Source: Macrostomum lignano
Taxonomy: Eukaryota
Direction: 5' to 3'
Assembly (NCBI GenBank): GCA_002269645.1
Contig: NIVC01003062.1
Location: forward strand, 1 to 34,202
DNA length: 34,202 nt
Below the pieces are notes generated by a model. That model did no database searches. It saw only the letters and a list, made by a program, of their open reading frames with translations, and was not told the origin of the DNA. A program made the position numbers and the translations under genes. Position 1 is the stretch's first letter, and each line of letters begins with the position of its first letter. Below, one piece after another: positions 26,107-34,202 of this stretch.

Positions 26107-29100
26107 TCACTCAGAGTGCTGATCCAGGATGCTCTGGAGATCCTTCTGGTTAACGTCCTCGCCCGGAAGGATCTGGAAACAGGAAAGCATCGTGAAGAAT
26201 GCGCTGGTTTCGATTAAGTTGAACGTATTTGATTCGAAAGCTACTGAATTCGCTGGTCAATGCAAACAGAGAACCAAATTAAAGTTCGCAGACCTGCAAC
26301 GCAAAAGCGGCGGTTTCTTTGGCACCGTTGAGCTCAGCAACTAGCTGGTAGCAGCCGCTGTCAGTGCTCAGCGCTACCGGGATGCTCAAAGTGAACTGAC
26401 CGCCGTTTGTAACCATCTGAAAGCGATCACTGTCAGTCAAAGGCGTGCCGTCCTTGCTCCAGGTGGCTGCAGAGTGAGGGTGGAATGGAGCATTGTATGT
26501 CTATTACGCTCGTATCAGGGTGGTCTATGGTCGGAGCAGTCTATGGTCAGAGCAGTCTAAGGTCAGAGCAGTCTATGGTCAGAGTAATCCATGTTCAGAG
26601 CAGTCTATGGTCAGAGTAATCCATGGTCAAATCAGTCTATGGTCAGAGTAATCCATGGTCAAATCAGTCTATGGTCAGAGTAATCCATGGTCAAATCAGT
26701 CTATGGTCAGAGTAATCCATGGTCAAAGCAGTCTATGGTCAGAGTAGTCTATGGTCAGAGCAGTCTATGGTCAGAGCAGTCTATGTTCAGAGCAGTCTAT
26801 GGTCAGAGTAATCCATGGTCAAAGCAGTCTATGGTCAGAGCAGTCTATGGTCAGAGCAGTCTATGGTCAGAGCAGTCTATGGTCAGAGTAATCCATGTTC
26901 ACAACAGTCTATGGTCAGAGTAATCCATGGTCAAAACAGTCTATGGTCAGAGTAATCCATGGTCAAATCAGTCTATGGTCAGAGCAGTCTATGGTCAGAG
27001 CAGTCTATGGTCAGAGCAGTCTATGGTCAGAGTAATCCATGTTCACAACAGTCTATGGTCAGAGCAGTCTATGTTCAGAGCAGTCTATGGTCAGAGTAAT
27101 CCATGGTCAAATCAGTCTATGGTCAGAGTAATCCATGGTCAAATCAGTCTATGGTCAGAGTAATCCATGGTCAAAGCAGTCTATGGTCAGAGCAGTCTAT
27201 GGTCAGAGCAGTCTATGGTCAGAGTAATCCATGGTCAAAGCAGTCTATGGTCAGAGTAATCCATGGTCAAAACAGTCTATGGTCAGAGTAATCCATGGTC
27301 AAAGCAGTCTATGGTCAGAGTAATCCATGGTCAAATCAGTCTATGGTCAGAGTAATCCATGGTCAAATCAGTCTATGGTCAGAGTAATCCATGGTCAAAT
27401 CAGTCTATGGTCAGAGTAATCCATTGTCAAATCAGTCTATGGTCAGAGTAATCCATGGTCAAATCAGTCTATGGTCAGAGTAATCCATGGTCAAAGCAGT
27501 CTACGTTCAGAGTAAAAATGATTGAATGTTGCCCAAATAGACGCGCTAGCTCGTAAGCAGCCTATTTACCTGTAGCCTCGGCAGAGTTAGCTTTGGCGGT
27601 GACGCTTACTGAGGTGCCCTCTTCAGCGGTGGCCGAGGTCGGGAACTCGGCGATGATCACCGGCGGCGGTGGCGGCAGGCCTGGCTCCTCCTCGGCTGGC
27701 GGCGGCGCCACCCGGACGCTGCACTGGGTGACCAGCAGAGCTTCGCCGCCCGTCACCTCCAGTCGGTACACTCCGCCATCGTCAGGGTACAGTGCCTCTG
27801 CCGCTTTCAACGCAAATCGACCGGCTGCAGCGTCGGCGACAACCTCGACCTCGTCCGACACAGGTCGACCATTGACCGTCCACTTGCCCGCAAGCTTCTG
27901 GCTGCCCGGAGCCACCATTGCCACCAGCTCGAAGGGATCGGCATCAGCTACAGACACAGAGGCGGGATGCTTCGAGAACTTCAAAGCTGGCGGCGGCGGC
28001 GGTGGGGGAGGTGGCGGCGGCGGTGTTGGCTCCTTTGGTTTCGGCGGCGGTACCTCAGCCGGCGGTGATTCTTTCTTAGCTCTGCCGCGGCTGCTGCTGG
28101 TGGTTACTTCAGTCCGGCTCTCCTCGCGAATGCTAGTCGAAATGCTCGACGAGCTACCGTTGACAACCGTAGACGACCGCTGCTGCTTGATGGAGCTCTT
28201 GTAGCTGGATGAAGAGGCAGCGGTGCCGCTCCGGTCCACACTAGTCGTCTCTTTGAAGCGAACCTTCGACGACTTGTTCGCCGACTTCCAGCGGCCCTCG
28301 CAGACGTCCAGCTTGCACTGCGTCTCGTCCTGACCGCGCCCGTTCTCAACCTGGACAGTGTAGCGCCCAGCGTCCTCTAGACCGGCGGAGAAAATCTCCA
28401 GGCTAGCCACGCCGGAGGCGAACTGGATGTTGTACTCCTTGGATTTGGCCGAGAGCTCCTTGCCGTCCTTGAACCAGGAGATGCTAGGCAGCGGCTTGCC
28501 GTCCACGGTGCAGCTGAGCTTGACGAATCCGGCCTCCTGGATGAAGCGATTGCGCAGCGGGAAGGTAATCCGGGCTGGCCTATCGGGCTCCGACCACAGC
28601 TCCGGTGGCGGCGACGGCGACTTGCGACGTCGTGGAACGGCAGCTTCCGATGTCTCAGAGATCTCGCGATGGAGCCCAGCTTCCACCTGCGAGGTTATTT
28701 GCGTATGACTAAAACTATGTAGCGTGAGGCATTATATGACCAAAGTTGTGCACATCGGATCAACCGTGTTCTGAAAAACCAACCCAGATCGAAGTTGATC
28801 ACGAACTGAACTCAAACACCTACCTGCAGTTTAATGACGGCCTCCTTCCGTCCGAACGAGTTTTCCGCCTTCACCTGATACTCGCCACCGTCTTCCAGCT
28901 TCACTCGGTTGATCTTCAGAGAAAAATCGTTGCCAGAGTAGCGCTGCATGAACTTCACTGACTGCATCAGCGTCTCGCCGTTTCGCAGCCAGTTGACCAG
29001 AGGCGGCGAGATCGACAGCACCTTGCACTCGAACAGTGCGGTCTGACCCTCAGCGCAGTAGGCGTTGCGAGAGCGGAGAACAAATCGAGGAGCTGCCTCC

Positions 29101-32100
29101 TTGCGGTCTGGGGGAAGTTTGTGGGGCTGCTATGATTGTCATTTCTATCCTGTCATGTCTAACCCATCACATCTAATCATGTCATGTCTATCCTATCATA
29201 TCTAATCCTGTCATGTCTATCCTATCACATCTAATCATGTCATGTCTATCCTATCACATCTAATCATGTCATGTCTATCCCATCACATCTAATCATGTCA
29301 TGTCTATCCTGTCACAGCTAATCATGTTATGTCTATACTGTCACATCTAATCCTGTCATGTCCATCCTGTCATGTCTATCCTGTCACATTTAATCCTGTC
29401 ATGTTTATCCTGTCATGTCTATCCTGTCACATCTAATCCTGTCATGTTTATCCTATCACAGCTAATCATGTTATGTCTATACTGTCACATCTAATCATGT
29501 CATGTCTATCCTGTCACAGCTAATCATGTTATGTCTATACTGTCACATCTAATCCTGTCATGTCCATCCTGTCATGTCTATCCTGTCACATCTAATCCTG
29601 TCATGTCCATCCTGTCATGTCTATCCTGTCACATCTAATCCTGTCATGTTTATCCTATCACATCTAATCCTGTCATGTTTATCCTATCACATCTAATCCT
29701 GTCATGTCCATCCTTCAATATCTATCCTTCTCAGAATCTATTCTGTAAACAATGTCTATCTTATCATATCTATCCTGTGGTGTCTGTACTGCCTTGTCTA
29801 TATTTTATTTTTAGGGATTACATTAAATTTTCCCGTAATCCTTGCCTGCTTCATAGCCACAGCTATCGCCATACACCCAGGTACTGTCATAAGATGATTC
29901 CTTTCGTTTGCAATAAACTCTTCACTCACCCCAGCTCGTCTCGTACACTTCGAACTGCTTCATCTGCAGCCGCCTGAGCGAGCCAAAGTCAGCCAGGCGA
30001 GCGATGCCCAGAATGCCAAACCAGTTGGGCTGAAGTGCGGTGTTGGGTGAGATTGATTGGGTGAGATTGATTGGGTGATATTGATTAGGTGCGATTGATT
30101 GGGTGAGATTAATTGGGTGAGACTGATTGGTGAGATTGATCGAGTGAGATTGATTGGGTCAAATTGATTGGGTGAGATTGATTGGGTCAAATTGATTGGT
30201 GAGATTGATTGGGTCAAATTGATTGGGTGAGATTAATTGGGTGAGACTGATTGGTGAGATTGATCGAGTGAGATTGATTGGGTCAAATTGATTGGGTGAG
30301 ATTGATTGGGTCAAATTGATTGGGTGAGATTGATTGGGTCAAATTGATTGGGTGAGATTGATTGGGTCAAATTGATTGGGTGAGATTAATTGGGTGAGAC
30401 TGATTGGTGAGATTGATCGAGTGAGATTGATTGGGTCAAATTGATTGGGTGAGATTGATTGGGTCAAATTGATTGGGTGAGATTGATTGGGTGAGACTTC
30501 TTGGGTGAGATTTATTGGGTTAAATTGATTGGTGAGATTGATCGGGTGAGATTGGTTGGGTGAGATTGATTGGGTGAGATTGATTGGGCGAGACTGATTG
30601 GGTGAGATTGATTGGGTGAGATTGATTGGGTGAGATTGATTGGGTGAGATTGATTTGGTGAGATTATTGGGGTTCAGAATCTATAGACAAGTCAAAAAAA
30701 CTGAGGAAGTCGCTGCAGTGAAGTGAGTTCCTACAGTGAACCTTCCCCCCTCGGAGACTGCACTTGTTGACCCCATGCCATGCGCTCACGTGCAAATCCT
30801 GCGCCCTCTGCCGCAGTTTCTCGAACTTGCTGGCCGCGATTCGCTTGTCGAGGCCATCAAGACTGCGGCCCTCCAGCAGCCAGGGGTGCTCCAGGGCCTC
30901 GTGCACCGTCAGACGTTTCTCGCCCCGCCTGACCAGCAGATTCTTGATGAAGTCCTTCGCATCGTCTGACACCGAACTAAAGGCGTCGCGCTGGAACTCC
31001 CACTCGCAGCGGCGGACGTTGGCGAGGGTCTCGTAGCTGTCGTTGCCAAGGAATGGCGACAGACCGCTGAGCCTGATGGGAGAAAATGCGGGTAACGTGG
31101 ATTGAGAATGCGGCAGGGACTTCTTATTACTCGAAGTAGTAATCTCCCAAAACAAAGGAACCTTATAAAGTTCGATGGTGCAAGTATGTTTACCTGTACC
31201 GTAGGATTTCAATGCATCTTCATATTTCTGTTTTATGAACGCTAAAATCAAGTTTTACTCGTATTTTGCTTTGTTGTGGCTGTTGTTGTCATCGTTGTTG
31301 TTGTACTCAAGCATACGGTCCCACGGTGTTTACCGGCTTGTGATTTTGTAATCGTTGGCAGTGCAAAACTGTACCTTAGAGGATATGTTGGCCTTAATTG
31401 TTGAGAAGGTCATGACAAGTCAAAAAGGCAAATTTTCGTGCACGAACCACGCACTCGAACCCGAGTGCTTTACAGTCGGACATTTTTCTGTCTGTCATGC
31501 GAGTTTGGCATCGCTTGGATAGCAATTTTTGGTTTATAACAATTTTATACACTCACAGCACGTAGGCTAGGACTCCGACTGCCCACATGTCCGTGTAGAA
31601 CCCAACCGGCTCGTGTTCAGCAATCTCCGGCGCGGCAAACTCAGCCGTTGCCATGGTAACCTTGACCGGCTCGTTCGGGTCCAGCCTAGTTGTCAAGCCA
31701 AAGTCCACCAGCTTGATGTTCGTCGACTTTGACGTCTCGCAGATAATGTTCTCCGGCTTGATGTCCAGGTGCACATAGCCCTGCTCGTGCATGTACAATA
31801 AGCCCTCACACACCTGCCGGATGTACTTTATCACCTCGGCCTCCGTCATTTTGTACGAGTCGTCGGCCACGCGGTCGAACAGGTCGCCTCCGGACAGAAA
31901 CTCCACAATCAGCACCGTCTCCTGGACGCTCTCGTAGACGTCGTGCAAGTTGATCAGCTTCGAATGGTGCAGGGCGTTCATCACCGCCACCTCCTGCCTT
32001 ACCGTCTGTTTCTCGATGGCCGTAGGAGTCTGAATGAACTTGGCGACAAAGTACTGGCCAGTGCTGAGCTCCTTGCAGCGGTGCACAACTCCGAACGCGC

Positions 32101-33928
32101 CGCTGCCCAGCCGTTCCAGAATTTCGTAGTCGTCAAACACCGAGTGCGACTTAATGGTGGCTGGCAGAGGCCGCTTCTGCTTGTCCCACATATTTGTGTA
32201 GAACTTGTCGTAGTTGTCCGGCTTCGGCAGGCTGCCTTCGGCGGGCAGCCCAGCTTGCTGTGCCCCGGCCCGGCGCGGCTTCACCGCCTCCTCGGCCAGC
32301 TGGTGCGGTCCAGACGGCTCCGACGGGTCGCTCCGGCCGTGAAGGTTCTCGGCGACGACGCGGAACTCGTATTGCCGGCCGCGCATCAGGGAGCTTTCAA
32401 CTGAGGCCTGGGTGAAGCGGCTCTGGCAGCAGCGGACCCACTGGCCGTCGGGCAACTCTCGTTTCTCAATGTCGTAGCCGCTGATGTAGGCGGGAGCGCC
32501 GTCGGCGTCAGCCGGAGGCGGCTGCCAGGTAAACACCAAGCTAGTCTCGGTCGCTGACTCCAGGTGCAGACCACGCGGCGGCTCCGGCCTGTCGTTGACG
32601 CGAAGCTCCACACTGGCTGACGTGGCGCCGAGGTCATTCTCCAGCGTTAAGCAGTAGACTCCCGAGTCCTCCCGGCTGAGGTCGTTCACCGTCAGCACAC
32701 AGTGGCGCTCTTTCTGCTCGGCTTCCAGCTTGCGACCGCCAATCTTCAGATCCGAACCGTTTAACTTCCAAGTGGACGTTGGCTTCGGACAGGCCGAGAA
32801 CGGCAGCTTGATGGTCAAACTGTCGCCTTTGTCCATCACGGTGGGCTTCTCAAATCGGGGCGGGACTTTGATGCGCGGCTCCAAGCGGATAACGAGGTCC
32901 GAGCGGCTGCTTCGAGACCCAGCCTTGTTGGAGACGCGGACGCTGTACTCGTCTGCGTCCTCGGCGGAGCAGTTGTTGATTGTCAGGTAGTACCTGCGCC
33001 AGCGGTGAGTTCAAATAAAGTTAAAACACGTCGGAACACATTTACCCGTCTGACCTACAGCAAAGGTAGGAAGTCACAGGCGGGCTTTGGTCACTGCCAC
33101 ACATCAGGGCTACAGTCGACCCTCGGCCGGTGAGAGGCAAGCAGTCAAGCCCATTCCGCTGATCCCTGAGCACGCACACGCAGAAAAATGCGTGCGCAAG
33201 CCCAGAAGTTCGTCAGGCATGTGCCCGTACACACTCTGTGCCTTGGAGGTAGCCCTCATGGGCTTGAATCTTACCTCAAGCTCCAAGGCTAATTACCTTG
33301 TACCAATCCCAAAATTATTCAGTATAAAACCCAGGGACATCGGCACTAGAGTCGGACGTGTTAACGCTGAGCTACTCTGTCTAGAGGAGGACTGACACGC
33401 CCATTTCAAGGAAAGGAAAGGACTGCTCCAAATTACTCGGCAATCTCTCACCTGTCTCCATCCTTGCCCATGTCCAATCGTCCTCCCGGTGCCAGTTCGC
33501 GAACACCTTTGAACCATGTGACGTCTAGCGGCGGTGTTCCGGTCACCTGCACCTCGAATTCGGCCCGCTTGCCTTCGTTGACTTGCAGCCGCTTCAGCTG
33601 CGCGGTGAACTCCGGCAGGGTCGCCGAGTTCGGATCGCGGACCGGCACCTTGCGCGATGCGCCTGACGGCTCGCTCAAGCCAGCCTCGTTCTCGGCGAAC
33701 ACGCGGAATTCATAGTCCTTACCTTCCACTAGGCCGGGTATGTTAAAGGTGGTGTTCGGAATCGGCGCAAAGTTCACCGAGCCCAGGTATCACTGCCCGC
33801 CTCGCGTTTCTCAACGTGATATCCGGTGATGCGGCCGCCGCCGTCTGAGACTGGGCGCTGCCAAGTAAGCGACACGAAGTCGGCGCCGACCTCTTCGGCT
33901 GTGGGCTCACCGGGTGACTTTGGCTTGT
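26107..33928 (-). CDS. unc-22: Twitchin (UNC-22/projectin-like giant muscle kinase), 3' part. Exons 33928-33452, 32993-31557, 31072-30790, 30029-29930, 29107-28824, 28686-27570, 26466-26294 (or read-through to stop at 26279), 26172-26107
   Basis: Domain order Fn3-Ig-Ig-Fn3-kinase-regulatory tail-Ig x4. The kinase has GSGAFG, VAKF, HLDIKPEN, DFG and AAPE. The C-terminal regulatory tail reads GIARLADFGSLRRL…YETSWDRKEAAPRF. All junctions are GT-AG and phase-compatible (2,2,0,1,0,1,0). One apparent 1-nt frameshift at ~33778. The gene continues beyond the right edge of the window. Confidence 0.93.
26522..27512. repeat. 16-bp minisatellite with a 32-bp higher-order dimer, in a twitchin intron
   Basis: Monomers AGTCTATGGTCAGAG(C/T) and AATCCATGGTCAAATC/AGC alternate or run as homo-tracts. 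Confidence 0.96.
29146..29715. repeat. 14/15-bp (29-bp dimer) degenerate minisatellite in a twitchin intron
   Basis: CTATCCTGTCACAT / CTAATCATGTCATGT subunits. Confidence 0.93.
30046..30663. repeat. 14-bp minisatellite in a twitchin intron
   Basis: GGGTGAGATTGATT with GGGTCAAATTGATT variants and longer repeated blocks. Confidence 0.95.
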
Positions 33929-34202
33929 CTGCGGAGTGAGAAGACACATCATCATGTTCAATCTAAGACTTCTGTAGGCTTTCCGGGTGACTTTGGCTTG
34001 TCTGCGGAGTGAGAAGACCATCATGTTCAATCTAAAACTGTCTCTGTGGGCGTCCAAAAGTAGTAAGTCATACTCTTCATCAGCTGGTCGTACGCTCGTA
34101 GAACTAACAGAGTTAGAATCCCACTAGTTGAACGCGACTCGTATTCAAATTTCTATAACTATCAGATGCCACAATGAAAGATTGGCTTCATATTATTTTC
34201 TT

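Noticed and set aside
31451-31468. Hairpin GCACTCG-AACC-CGAGTGC with a reverse B-box-like word
   Set aside because: No A-box or cloverleaf context; too short to call a tRNA or SINE.
27593-32990. Plus-strand ORFs over twitchin exons (27593-28204, 30736-31036, 31943-32415, 32730-32990)
   Set aside because: Antisense shadows of GC-rich coding sequence.

Overview
Eukaryotic (animal) genomic DNA with spliceosomal introns, GC-rich host exons and minisatellite-filled introns. The style suggests a flatworm such as Macrostomum, but that is only an inference. Left to right: (1) about 10.4 near-identical 655-bp tandem units (1-6806) run directly into (2) a spliced gene for a zinc-finger plus tyrosine-recombinase (YR, Crypton-like) protein (6614/6645-9260 + 9724-9902). 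Each array unit carries a 240-nt, phase 1-1, AG/GT-bounded candidate exon whose first part is the start of the recombinase's own large exon. (3) The 3' six exons of a cadherin-superfamily receptor (12645-16987, +). Its 5' exons are not in the window, so the YR element probably lies inside one of its introns. (4) A two-exon single-pass membrane protein (18820-19675, +). (5) A tRNA-headed SINE-like element (-). (6) A two-exon type I membrane protein with a divergent C-type lectin domain (23624-24758, +). (7) The 3' end of a twitchin/unc-22 giant muscle kinase gene (26107-33928, -; Fn3-Ig-Ig-Fn3-kinase-Ig4). All exon models were derived by hand from splice sites and frame/phase continuity; no database searches were run.
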